A DNA stretch of 60,317 nucleotides, filler included, from Hausera hauseri (Eukaryota), in assembly GCA_046269625.1 (NCBI GenBank). It is 10 parts of 10 records of this genome, joined end to end, with 100 filler letters (N's around TTAATTAATTAA, not from the genome) between each part and the next. Parts side by side here need not be neighbours in the genome. Positions count along the whole stretch, not along the records: positions 9,906 to 15,458 come from JBJURY010231850.1; positions 15,559 to 23,501 come from JBJURY010858744.1; 8 more parts are not named here. One strand, given 5' to 3'. The translations under genes and the position numbers were made by a program. Of the stretch, positions 10,230 through 23,601 are shown one piece after another (the first letter of the stretch is position 1; each line of letters begins with the position of its first letter). The notes beneath the pieces are model-generated. The model had not been told where the DNA came from, searched no databases, and worked only from the letters and a program-made list of their open reading frames with translations.

Positions 10230-11300
10230 CAGTGAAGCAGAAATCGATAAATCTAATAGGGAAGCTGGATAGGAAGTCATATATGGCCAATTGGAATATG
10301 ATATCAGATATTCGAAATCGAGCTTCCAAGTCAAATATTTGGCTATCCGAACTGTAAAACTCGATCAGGCATGCATCATTCGAGGAATCTAGTGACGTCA
10401 CTCGAACCCAAGTGGGTGAAAACCTATATAGCAATTAATATTGACGCGGTGCAGTGCACGGCGGACTATTAAAACAAGGGTATTCCAATATGGCAAAAGT
10501 ACATAAAATACTAAGTAATTAAACGGTGTTTATTTTGATTACACAATTGAGTGTGAAATTGGAGATGAATCACACTGAAATCGATAAATTTTTAAACGTA
10601 GATGGATAGGAATCCATGTATGAAGAATCTGAATCTGGTGTCAGATATTTGAATACATTATTCAAAATAGAATAATTATCAATTCGAACTTAAAAACTCG
10701 ATCAAGCATGCATTATTCGAAGAATGTGATCAGTCTAATAGATTCCCCATATGCATCGTTGTCGATTAAAACTGTTTGCCAATATGTTAAAAATTTTGTA
10801 ACAAATATTATGCAATTCAACAGTGTTCATTTGTTTTAATTAATTGGGTAATCTTAAAGTGTGAATTTTAAGGTGAATCAAGCTGAAATCTAAAAATCTA
10901 ATAGCGTTGACAAATAGAAAAGAATATATTGGAGATTCAAATCCGATATCAGATATTCGAATACATTATTCGAAATGGATTAATTATTGATTCAAACTCG
11001 AAAAATTGATAAGGTGTAATTTATTCGAAGAATCTGATGGTTTTAATCGATTTTCCATGTGTCAAAACCTTGTACAAAAATAAAAGTGGCCACGTACCGA
11101 ATAAGATAACATTGAAAATTTCAAAAGTATGTGTGCGTGCTTTAAATAACTTGATTTTAAATGTGAAGGGTGCAATAATCAATAAATCTTTAAGCTTAGG
11201 TAGATAAGAATACATGTACGGGAAATCCGATTATGACGTCAGAATTTCAAATATCAGTTCGCAAGTCGAATATTCGATTAATTTAATACTCAAAATCGAT
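10230..11300 (+). repeat. Degenerate tandem array, about 4 units of ~310-340 bp, upstream of PolB
   Basis: Recurring AATCGATAAAT...GGATAGGAA...ATCAGATATTCGAA...AACTCGATCA.GCATGCAT.ATTCGA motifs near 10240, 10578, 10886 and 11178. Confidence 0.7.
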
Positions 11301-11614
11301 AAATTCAGATGTGCATATGTTGCTTCACTGTGAATTTTAAGGCGATGAAGCAAATTTGTCGGAAAAAAAAACGTTTTTATTCAATTTATGCATTAAAATA
11401 AATGTACAAATGAAGTATGTTGGCAATACAAGTGCAACATGTTGACAGCAATATGCAGTGCCCAATTGTCCTTACAATTAAAATTATTTATTTTTCCTTA
11501 TATGTATGTTTCATTTTACTGCATTAATTATTAAATTAAAATAAAAATCAATAAAAATAGACAGTGCAGTTAATATGACTATATATTTCATTATTTTCAA
11601 ATTCACTTCCAAGA

Positions 11615-14600
11615 ATGGTGGGTTTTGTTTTCTTATGTGTGCTCCTCAAACAATATATTTGTTTAGATTTGCAACTTTTACAAATTTTACATGGTGCAGA
11701 AACATGAGGAGCAGAATTACCACAATGTGATGCAGCAGTATTTTGGATACCAATACAACACGTAGTATGCCGGGCCGGTTACGAAGAATTTTACATCCAG
11801 CATAAACAGCATCTGGATTATTTTACAAAATTGAAGAAAGAAATATTCAACAGTAAAATACCAATGGCAACAAGTGCAGAAAAGCAATTCAGATGTGCGG
11901 TTCCTATGCTTATTGCACATCCACAGCACATAATCTGCAACGGTGCCATGAAACGATGCAGCAGTATTATGGACACAAATTAAAAAGGATCCAGTATTAT
12001 ATATATATCCGGGATGTGAGACTGTATGCGGCGCAGATTGCATAGAGTTCTATTATGATCACAAACATCATTTGAGTTACTTCGCATCAAAGTCAAAGAA
12101 GGCCATCTTTAATGAGCAATATAATCTTGATGCACCTGCTTCGCACCATTCTGCTTCGCATTAGGCTGCTGGATCCGGTGCAGCAGCTGCGAAGCATATT
12201 AGGGAATTGAAACGCTCAGCAGCATCATGCGCAGCTACATCATGCACAGATGCTCCACCGAAAAGCCCAAGGCAGCGGTCAGCTGATGTGGCAGCATTAA
12301 AGAAAAATATCCGCGGATATATTATTGATGCAACTGGTCAAACAACCCTCAAAGAGTTTCTGGAGTATACAAAGGAAGAGACAGAGGGAATTCTCCAGGA
12401 CAACATTGCAGAGCTCAAAGCCCTTAAAGTGAATATGAAACTGGAGGCCACGTACATTAATGTTGATGGCAAAGAATCCAATAGGGCCTTCAAGATCAGA
12501 AATAGGCCAATATTGGAAAGAATCAATATTTTAGAATGGATGTTTGAGGCGCACGCAAAGATAATCCATGAAACCGAGGAGAGCCAGGATAAGAAGAGTG
12601 GCTGGACTCTGGCAACAGTAAAGAAATTGCGTGTTTTTGTGCAGAAGTACTCTTCCATGCGTGACAGCTCCTGTACACAGCTTCCGGAATGGATCGTCAA
12701 TAATAAAGCATGCATCAATGTCCTTGATGACGAAAACAAGTGTTTAGTGTATGCCATTTTATGTAAACTCGTATGGGATCAAAAATATGCAGCATATCGA
12801 GTTTGGCGATATAATGATTTGCAGCACAACTATAACTTACAATGTATTAAGTTCCTTCCATCCACAGATGAAGTTAAAAAATTCGGGCGAATCAACAACA
12901 TGTCCATCAGTATTTTCGGATTGGATGAGGAGGACAAATTTTATCCCTTGTCGATATGTGATACTGGATTGGAAGATCATAGGAATCTGCTCCTACTAGA
13001 CGATGGAGAAAAGAAGCATTATGTTTGGATCAAGAACTTTAAGCGTCTAGTCAGATCCCAAATAACAAAGCATGAGCACAGAATCGAAATATGCAAAAGA
13101 TGCTTGTCCCATTTCATGGCAAGTTAGCTGTAAAAAAGCTAAAGGAGCACAAGACTATTGCAACAACAATTATTGTATCAAGCCAGAATTTCCCAAGGAA
13201 GACTACATTGAATTCAGGGAGTTCAAGAAGAAAATCAAGGTGCCAATAGTTATCTATTGCGACTTTGAAGCTATTCTGTGTTCAGTTCACAGTTGCAGTC
13301 CTAATCCCCAACATAGCAGCAAAACGACATACCAATATAATGTACTTTCATCATATTGCATGTATATCAAAGGACTGGACAGTGAACCATATCTATTCAA
13401 AGATCCGGTCGCAGCAGCACAATTCATGAAGCGACTTGACGATATGGCTCATAGACTTGGGGATATGTTGCAAAAGCATAAGGACGACATGAACATGTCG
13501 AAGAAGCTAAAAGAAGAATGGCACAAGGCAATAGTATGCTACTTGTGCTCCAAATCATTCACTAATGATAATTATAAAGTCAGGGATCATTGACATTTTA
13601 CAGGAACATATCGGGGCGCAGCATGCAAGAACTGAAATCTACGTTGAAAAACATGTACATATGTGTCTGTAGTGTTTCACCATCTCGGTGGCTATGATTC
13701 CCGTTTCATTGTTCGGGAACTGGGTAGCATTGAAGAAAACATTGAGATGATCCATAGTAGTGAGGAGAAGTACATTACTCTTACCAAGCATGTTGAAAAA
13801 ATCAGGTTTCGCTTCGTAGACAGTTTTTGTTTTATGTCGATTTCACTTGACAGTTTAGTGAAGAACCTCCCTGTAGAAGAACTGAAGGAGATGAAGTAAT
13901 TCTTCCTTACTACATTTGACCTTGTTAAGAGGAAATGCGTGTTTCTCTATGACTATATAACATCATGGGAAACACTGGATGAGATCTCATTGCCGGCCAA
14001 GACGGACTTTTACAATATCCTCTCTGATTGCGATATCAGTGATAGGGACTACCAGAATGCTCAGAACGTCTGGCATGCATTTCAATGCCGAACATTAGGA
14101 GAATACAGCGATATATACGTCAAGATGGACGTGCTGTTTATGACGGATGTCTTTGAGAGATTCAGGGATGTTAAGATAAGGGCCATGCATTGAATCCGGT
14201 TCATTCATTTACGGCTCCAGGTATGAGTTGGGCAACCATGCTGAAATAAACCGGTATTAGGCTTCAGATCATAAACGATTACGACAAGATCCTTATGATC
14301 AAGAGAGGCATTAGAGGAGGAATATGCCAGATAATTCACCGATGTAGCGAGGCCAACAACAAGTATATAGCCCAGTATGAACCATCCAAGGAATCCACAA
14401 ATGTATATCATACCTGGATACCAACAACCTATATCGATAGGCAATAAGCGCCCCATTGCCATATAATAACTTCAAGTGGGTCAAAAATCCTGAAAACATC
14501 CCTATACTGGACCTGAATCCCACTGGAGATACGGTCTACATACTGGAGGTGGATATGGAATATCCGGCTTCTATCCACACAAGGCATCAACAGCTGCCTT

Positions 14601-15446
14601 TCCTCCCTGAGAGCAAGCCTCCGCCCCATGGAAAGCATAAAAAACTGCTATGCCATTTGGATAGTAGGGAGAGGTATGTAGTCCACTACATAAACTTCCA
14701 TCAGGCGGTCAGAAATGAACTGCGCATTACGAAGATCCATCGGGTCCTGAAGTTTAGCCAGTCCAACTGGCTGCAGCCCTACATAGATCTCAATGGCAAG
14801 CTGCGGACAAATGCCAAGAAAGATTTTGAGAATGATCAGTTCAAGCTTTACAATAACAGCGTTTTTGGCAAGATCATGGAGAATATCCGCAACAGGATGA
14901 ATATCGAACTTGTTTCTGAGTGGAAGCGGGCAAAGAAGCTCATTTCCAGGCCCAGCTTCCACAGCAGCATCATATATGCGGAGTACAGTCAGCATTCATA
15001 TGCTGAAAACATCGCTTGAGTTTAACAAGCCGATATATGTGTGTATGGAAATACTAGACCTATAAAAGACCATTATGTACAAATTCCACTAAGGCATTAT
15101 GGTCCCAACATTCAAGTCCATACAGCTGATATACATGGATACTGATAGTTTCATCTATCGGATCCATACAGAGGACATTTATAATGACTTTTCTAAGTTC
15201 ACACAGCATATTGATGCTTCTGATTATCCGAAGGAGCATTCCAACTGTTCAATTACCAACAAGAAAATCCTTGGCAAATTCAAAGAGGAGGTGAATGGGG
15301 CAATTATCTTGAGGTTTGTGGCTCTTAGGTCCAAAATGTATGCGATTGATGCATGTTGTCATATCAAAGAGAGAGCTAAGGGCATTCAAAGGGTTATCTT
15401 AGGCAAGATCACTTTTGCGGATTATGTGAGAGTTTTGCATGAATAG
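11615..15446 (+). pseudogene. Polinton-type protein-primed family B DNA polymerase with endonuclease VII-like Zn domain, disrupted
   Basis: SGWTL..., LPEWIVNNKACINV, VIYCDFEA, CYLC...VRDH.HFTGTYRGAAC, FHHLGGYDS, KLYNNSVFGK, YMDTDS, LGKFKEE, LRSKMY. Confidence 0.9.
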
Positions 15447-15558
15447 ACTCTCACAATANNNNNNNNNNNNNNNNNNNNNNNNNNNNNNNNNNNNNNNNNN
15501 NNTTAATTAATTAANNNNNNNNNNNNNNNNNNNNNNNNNNNNNNNNNNNNNNNNNNNN

Positions 15559-18230
15559 GAAACGTTCGAAAAGGCTATCCGATTGGAAATCATAAGGTGT
15601 TGTATAAATATGGCTTATCGGACCTTGGACCGAGATGATGAAACGAGGAGACCCGAACCTACTAATACACGTACGAATGGAAGCATCGGCTATTGTGTTA
15701 GAGTTTGTTCTCAGAAGAGAATTGGCTTTTGACCATCGTAAGGAACGGTGCATCATGGTCAGAATGAATTGGTGGCCGTTGTCCATTGGAAGAGGACCGA
15801 CGATATCGATTTGTGCGGTTGCAAAACGTGATATGCAAGCGAAGTGGTATAGTCGTGGTTTTAAATGTTTCACGGTTTTATATTTCTGACAAGCCACGCA
15901 TTCTCAAACCAATGTTTGCACATCAGAACGCATTGATGGCCAAACTACCTGACGTTGGAAAAAGCGAAAAGTTGCCTTGGCACCAGGGGGTGTAGATAAT
16001 GTACACTATCAAATGCTTGTTTGTGTAAAGATGGAGCAAGAAATATTTTGGATTGTCCTGGTTTGGAAGTATCTAAAGCCACGCCGTCAATGATGTGGTG
16101 AGACTTAAACGACTTGAGAATATCTTAAGATGGCTGATTTTCTTGACGTTTTGTCTGAGTAAAAATTAGTGAAAAATTGATTGAACCGACTGATCTGGAT
16201 AAAAAATCAGCAAATAGATTGTTAAAACCGTCAATGTGTTTAATGTCGAAGTTAAATGTGGACAAATATGAAATTTGTCGTTCTTGTCGAGTTGAAGGAT
16301 GTTTCATTGCCATTATATTAATCCACGATTTGTGATCAGTCTGTGTAACGAAATGACGAGCTGTAAGTAAGTGGGAAAATGTCTTAAAGCAAGAACTATT
16401 GCCAGAAGTTCCCGATCGAAAGTTGAATATCTAGTTTCGGGTGGTGTTAATTTTCGGGAGGCTGATTTTCGCTATTATACAACTGAGGTAATCCGGCGCC
16501 TACTAGGATGTTTGCTGCATCTGTGGTCAAAATTAGCTCAGTGTCAGGCTTAGAAAATGCTAGTATTTCAGCAGTTTTTAATCCTTCTCTTAGCCTATCA
16601 AACCTGTCAACCACTTGTGGCGTCCATTGGATTTTCTGGTGTTTTTTCCTCCGCTTAAGTGGGCAAAAGGTGCCGTGAGATCCGAACAATATGGAACATA
16701 TTTGTGAATGAAATGTAAGGTACCAAGAAAACTGCACATTTCTGTGGTTGTTCTAGGTAGTTGGACGTTTTTAAGAGTCACAACTCGATCAGGTTAAGGT
16801 AAATGGCAGTTTGATAACATAATATGTCCAAGAAAGTTAATGCGTTTTTGGAAGAAGTTACATTTTGCAAAATTGATCTGTAGATTATACAGATTAAGTC
16901 GTTTGAAGATAGATCGCAGGTGTTTCTCGTGTTGTTTGATAGAAGAAGAAGCAGTCAAGATATTGTCCATATATGGATGCGCAAAAGGAAAGTATGAAAG
17001 GATTGAATCGCCGTGTCGCTGAAAAGTCTGCGCAGCATTCCGAAGACCCAAATGCATGAACAAGTATTCATAAAGACCTAAAGGTGTAGTAATTGTAGTT
17101 TTCTCGATGTCTTCCGGTACGACAGGAATTTAGTGGTATGCTTTGGCTAAACCAATTGTTGAATAGACTAACAAAATTAAGCAGATGTAGTATGTCATTA
17201 ATCAATGGTAGTGGGTATGCATCCATTACGGTTAAAGTATTAAGCTGGCGGTAATTGTCGCATGGTCGGAAAGATCCAACTTTTTGGACAACGTGGAGAG
17301 GCGAAGACCATGGGGATTTAGATATACGAACAATACCTGATTGTTCGAGTTCAAAGAATTCCGCCTCTACTGCCTGCCTCCGTCAGGGTGATAATGGACG
17401 AACCTTTTGACGAATGGGTCTTTGGTGTTATGTAATGATATGATGACAGATGTCAGTTTCAGGAATGAATTTTCGATCTTTCTGAAGTATATGAGGACAA
17501 GAAGTATTGATGAATTGTTGAAAACTTACGGGTAGTTGCCAGAATATTAAAGGTGACAGTGAACCGATGTTATTAGAAGTACTTGATGAATGTAGGTTAA
17601 CTGCTGGTGCAAAATAGGGTAGAATCTGACGTAAAGTGGTCGTGTTAAAGACGGTGTTTGAGAAAGTGGTTTCATTTAGTGATTTTACCGAAGAGACAAG
17701 ATTGTGGCTATCAACATTGAGCTTCGACTGATTGTCGACTTTATCCTTTAAAAACTTACAAAATAAAATATGATAGTTAAGATAACAAGAATGAGGCATT
17801 TACTTTTAGGACTGATTGCCTCAATAGTGCTGGCTGTGCTGTCGTCGTCATGTTGTCTATTCGAGAGTTACATTTTCCAGTTGTATTTTGTTTCAGACAT
17901 TGTTGTTTGCAATCAACAAGCAAGTTATAGTGCTACAGGATATCGGAGTTAGGTATTGCCATCTGATTGTTAGCGACTGTAAATATCCAGTGAAATGTTG
18001 AGGAAAATTGTGGAAGAATGAAAGATAATTTTTATGTTTGGGAGATATAAGGGGGTTGACCGAAAGCCGTTTATAAAGATTTTGTTTTAAATGAAGGATT
18101 CTGGACCAGAAAAGAAAGTGGTAATAATGAAATCGCTGCACCGGTATCGATGAGAAAATCTATAGATTGAATGTCAGGAGTAGAGATTCCAGTTTTCAGT
18201 GTAAAAACTGCAAAAGAAGTGTGTCGGCAA
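15559..18230 (-). mobile_element. pol: Decayed CsRn1/Kabuki-like Gypsy pol (protease-RT-RNase H-integrase)
   Basis: FLIDTGAAISLLP, GLRNAAQTFQR, YMDNIL, LTTDAA, CQKYK, IDIVGPLP. Confidence 0.88.
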
Positions 18231-18243
18231 AAATGGTTAGGTA

Positions 18244-18345
18244 TGTGGTGCCCACGGCGGCCGGTGCCCTTTGGATTATTTGATCGGACGCGGCTGGGCG
18301 TCCTTTGCCGCAACATCCGGCCCATAGGCGGGCTACATCTTCCGC
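18244..18345 (+). repeat. LTR 5' fragment of the CsRn1-like family, opposite orientation to the adjacent pol
   Basis: TGTGGTGCCCACG is identical to the LTR start at 53285(-); downstream GGGCGTCC...GGCCCATAGG matches 27175-27207. Confidence 0.65.
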
Positions 18346-19019
18346 CTCGAAAATTTTTGATTTTTTCTGATAATACCTTTTCTATTACCAACAATTACTA
18401 AAAATGTTTTCAAGACGATTTTACCTCATACCAAAAACTGATTCGTCCTTAATTAGTCGTTTTGGTACAATTCCAGCATTGATAGAAAAGGAAGATTACG
18501 TATATCAGACAAATCATCCAAATCAACTGCCCAGCAAATGGCAGAATACGCGTGACAATTGATTGATTTCTGCAAGAGAACTGTGATATTTCTTGATATT
18601 GCAGATGTAACATTTACCCCATTGCCCGAAATTGACGACTCAGTCTCCAATCGTGATCAGAATATTTCTCTTTATTTAATTCTTCCATCCAAAGGATTCT
18701 GCAATCATCAAATTATCGATGGTNNNNNNNNNNGGTCGATTTCCGTTTAAATTGTTTCTGATTTTCCTTGACGATGGAAAAACGAAAGGCATTTTCAATT
18801 CTAGTCCGGTGATAATGATGAATTTCGTCAAATTCTACAATAACAATGCGATTAATAAGTTTTCGTCAAAAATCACATAGAAGTCATATATTTGCCTATT
18901 TTCACCGATTGGCTAGCCTTGTATATTTTGTTTTAGATTGTTTCAAAATAATAATACAACTTTTTTTGACGATTTTTATTTTAAAATTTTATTACTCCAT
19001 TTTTTGATTTTGTCTCATG

Positions 19020-20050
19020 TTGCAATTTTTGTGATATCCTTTACTGTGGTTCGATGGATATTGTGCAATTCTTAACAAACATCGAACGTTTAAAGGCGGA
19101 TGTAAGTTTTAAAATTTTAACATTGAAAATCCAAAATACAGGTTGGTTTTTTCTTGATAACATTAATATCCATTCACTTCATGAACTGATTGATCGATTT
19201 TCCTAATTACTGTTTCTTTTTATTGAATAAAATTTTAACGCTGAAGGTTGCCGAAGTTTTAATAAAAAATGAGAAGAAACTGATTTTTCGAAACGAAATG
19301 TATTTTTATGTTTTATTTGCAAAGTTCATAGTCTGAATCCTGATTTCAAGCACCCATTACTGACAGAAATATGAAATATGCATCCAATATTTATTCTAGT
19401 GAAGCAATATCGTGCCTTGCATTGAGGATATTACAAATCTGGTTAAGCCATTTCGGTAGGAAAACGTTTCAAATTTGAATAAAAAATTCATTTTTGATTC
19501 TCAGGATAATACTCGTGAACATATCATGGTTTATATTACCGACATCGATGCGTTTTTGGTTCAGAAAAATTTGAAAAAGGACTACACCAATTACGGAACA
19601 CCGAACAAGCAATTAGCAGATTTATTCTATTCGATAATGAATGGTACGTCTTTTGTTTTTTTTCATCACCATAAAGAAATGCTGGATAGGATCGATGTTT
19701 CTCGTTATAGTGCCGAACTCTGGCAATTGACCTTTCTCAATTATTGTTGATTGAAAGCACTCAATCGGTATTGGCATGCTGATCAACTGCCGGATTTATG
19801 TAAGTTGATCAAGAACAAATACATCAGTCTAATTGACCGTATTGTGGACGATGACATGTTGTCTAGCAGAAATAAATGTGAACTTGTTGCGGAAATTCCG
19901 TTTGGGTATTATTTCTTACCAGAATCAATCAAATATCTCAATCAATTGAAAGTTTCATACGAAAGACATAATAATAATGTCGCATTTATTTTACTGCTAA
20001 AGTCATCCGTGTTATTTACAAATATGAAAATAGTAATTTTAATTTTTTAG
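19020..20050 (+). pseudogene. Possible decayed host gene with short introns, product unknown
   Basis: Canonical 40-nt GTAAGT...ACAG intron at 19102-19141; in-frame ORFs 19475-19750 and 19751-20050. Confidence 0.3.
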
Positions 20051-20158
20051 TGTTTTACTTTAAATATATTTATTGTATTACTTTGGTAACAGGTCACAAA
20101 TTTTGCTTGTTTTTTTCTACTGTAAATCATTATATCATGTAACTGTTATATTGTTTAG

Positions 20159-22092
20159 ATGACAAAGACTAAGTTTTTCAAACTTGAAGAAGCACGGGCC
20201 ATGGTACTGGAAGATGAGGAGATCAAGGAAACAGACGTTGTTGTATTGCCACCATCAACAGTCGATCAGCAAAGTGACTGTGGACACTTGGATGAAAATG
20301 AAGTGCTGACAACTGACAGTCTTCTCAAGGATGTTGTTGAGTGGGTGGAAGTATATTTCACTAGAAGGGCTGATCAGGAAGTAGCTTCTTGGAGCCTTAA
20401 ACTAAAGGCCAAGCAGAGAAAAATAAAAGCAAACGCAAATATTGCCAAACCTTCCAGAAAATCTGACTGCTTTCGTAAGCCGACAAAATGGTATGTGCAA
20501 AATATGGAGGAAATGAATGATGTGCAGACATTAGAAGATGGGCCACAAGCAACGGAAACTGTCAGTCTATCAGCAAATAAACAGTTGGAAGAACCTAGAA
20601 CAATGAAGCTGCTAATAATTACCAAACCTAATGTTCTGTGGAAACAGCAGAAGCCACATTACACGTCACAGCCTGTGAACATAGAAAGCAAAAATTATCT
20701 GACTTCACAGCAGTATTGATCAACAAAACTGAGGTACAACTGTTTGAAGAATTCTTTGATAATGAAGTCATTGGCCTTATAACGTCGCAAAGTAATTTAT
20801 ATTTCCAGCAACAGAATCGTCATGAGTTAAGTGTTTCCAGTCTGCAGATCAAGAGATTTATTGGATTTCTTTTGTTTACTGCTTATCATAAACTTTCAAG
20901 AGAGGATATGGACTGGCAGAATGCAGATGATTGTAATGGGAGGATAGTGACAAACGCTACGACCCGACAGACATACAGAGAAATAGAAAAGAATCTACAT
21001 CTGGCTGATAATGGGCAAGCTCAGCAAAACGACAGACTATATAAAATTCGTGACTATATTGGATTACTGAATGCCAAGTTTTCGAAATTTGGTGTCTTCG
21101 CCCACATTCTAAGTATTGATGAGCATCTGATTCTATACTATGGATTACACAGCTGTAAAATGTTTTTAAAAGACAAGCCAATTCGTTTTGGATTTAAATC
21201 CTGGTGTTTGTGTTTGGCTGACGGCTTTCTGTTTCAATTTTTGCTATATATAGGACGAGATGATACTACCGATTGTGAGCTGGGTCTTGGTGCACGTTTG
21301 GTATTGCAGCTTTTGGAAACAGTTTAGGAGCCCGGAGAACATGCAATGTATTTTAACAATTTTTACGTCACATACGTTGCCGATTACATTGCGTGAAGAA
21401 CATTATCTTGCAACTGCAACTGTTCCTGAGCAGTTGCTGATGGAGAGCTGCAAGTCAGTACAGAAGAACAGTAGGTGCAGTTATGTCTGTTGCTGTTGCA
21501 ATGAAAATGAAGTGCTAGCTGTCAAGTGGAATGACAATTCTGTAGTGACTCTGGCCACGATCTTTCAGACTACTGAATCACTTCTTCCAGCAAAACGATT
21601 TTCGCGATCTGAGCAAAAACTTGTTATTGTGTCACAGCCCAATATTATTGCTTCATATAATGCTAACATCGGAGGTGTTGATTTGATAGATAGTTTTGTG
21701 GCAAACTACAGGATTGCATTGAAAAGAAAAGTGATGGTGGCCGCCGTTTGTAAACTATATCGACGTTGCTTTGTGCTATTCTTGGAGATTCACCGTCTTA
21801 TCCACGGCAAGGAACTTGATCTGCTCGACTTTCAAAGGCGAATAGCACCTACCTTGCTGTCTATTTTAGAAGATGAATCAGATGCAACAAGAAATGAACA
21901 TTTATGTGGCAGACCATCACAACTGAATTGTTTAAATGGTCTTCGGCAAGGACTGAGATCACTTCATTATAAAGAACCCGGATGATCGAAGGCTTCTTTG
22001 CAGAGCGTGCAAAAGTACAACATCGTATGTGCAGCAGATGTCTGATTGGTTTGCACGAAAAACGCTTTGCATCCTACCATAACCAACTCTGA
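20159..22092 (+). mobile_element. Decayed piggyBac (PGBD-like) transposase
   Basis: SIDE, KPIRFGFK.W, YFNNF (second Asp mutated), KWNDNSVVTLAT, YNANIGGVDLID, remnant C-terminal Cys-rich domain; frameshifts. Confidence 0.88.
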
Positions 22093-22486
22093 ATAAAAGG
22101 ATTGGTTGACACTGATTATGATGTGAACTGCACTGATGTGTATTTCGTGCTAGTATTACGTAGTCAGCTGAGGCTGCGTTTTCGCAACGTTATGTAACTT
22201 GTATATTAATGTAAATATATATGTAAATACAGTGTTAATGTGTTACATACTATCCACATAATTAGTATTAAATGAAAAATTGGTTAGACAATAGTTACTT
22301 TGCTAGCGGCAGTAAATAGGTTTTTCAAGCTATATTCTGTGGCGTCATAAGTTTCCACTGAACAATTTTATGTTTTAACCAAATTAATTCGGATGTTCAC
22401 TGTGGTACGTATATTTAGTACACTGAAGTGGTCTAGATCTATACACAATTCAATAGAAAATTATTAAAAAATAACTTCATTATAAG

Positions 22487-23474
22487 TAGGGTCACCGATT
22501 TTCCGAGGCAAAATGATAAAAATTCCGTGGCAAGGTTTTCCGATTTCCGCGGAACATATGGTTTCTGTAAGGCTTTTGGTGGCACGAAGTAAATTCACCA
22601 TGGAAGGGGGTTGTATTAAAATAAAAATCAATCATATGCAGAGACTTGTAATTTATAAGTTATAAAAGTACTAGTCGCTGTTGGCACGAGCAGTTGGCAC
22701 GCAAATTGGGCTTAGAGAGAGAACAGCGCGATGGCGTACTGATCCGTATTTTGAGAAAGACCACTCTACGTCAACGGACGTCACAGGTAGGGGAATACAC
22801 AATTTTGCGAGGTCACTCAGTACTGGCAATCTTTCTTTTATTTCAGTCAAAAACTCTGTAATATTCTCGGAAATTTTTTCGCGCGCTGCGACGTCCAAGT
22901 ACATTTTCAATTCTCCTGATGCAGCGGCCATTATTGGAATTGGTTCAGCATGAATGCTAAATTCCTTGGAGAGAAGGGGTAGCTGATGTAGATCGAATAC
23001 ACGTACAGCCCTAAAAAGAGCGATTGCAGGCTGTCTGTCTCAGTCAACGTATGCAGCTCCCCTTTTGCCAAATTTTGTAACACTGCACTGGTGTGATATT
23101 TGCAGACGTTTTATTTCGCTTGTTTTCACTACACATCACTACACTTCAATGAGTAAAACCTTCCAGAAATTCAAGGATAGAAAAGTTATAGATCTAAAAA
23201 TATGGGTTTTACGAATAAGCTGGTAAACTGTATAGAACAAAAGAAATAAAAACATGTCTGATGCACAAATTAAAATTGAAAGTCAGTTTTTTTAAACCGT
23301 GACAAAATGTAAACAATATTGAATTTTTGTGTTGTACATATAAATTTCTGATAAGGTCGGATAAATCCGGCTCTTGTACATCAAATATCCGGCAATTTAC
23401 AAAATGAAATTCTCCTTTTTCAAAAATCAGCGGCTTTACGCGGCATTAGAGGGCCGCGGAAAACTGTGGCTCTA
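22487..23474 (-). mobile_element. Internally deleted hAT-type element retaining the C-terminal dimerisation domain
   Basis: Imperfect TIRs TAGGGTCACCGATTTTCCGAGGC / TAGAGCCACAGTTTTCCGCGGC; minus ORF LPVLSDLAKLCIPLPVTSVDVEWSFSKY. Confidence 0.75.
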
Positions 23475-23601
23475 CTCATCATATATCTAAAAATATATTT
23501 TNNNNNNNNNNNNNNNNNNNNNNNNNNNNNNNNNNNNNNNNNNNNTTAATTAATTAANNNNNNNNNNNNNNNNNNNNNNNNNNNNNNNNNNNNNNNNNNN
23601 N

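Noticed and set aside
9272-15446. Functional linkage between the env-bearing retroelement and the neighbouring PolB
   Set aside because: Separated by an artificial contig linker; the adjacency is not biological.
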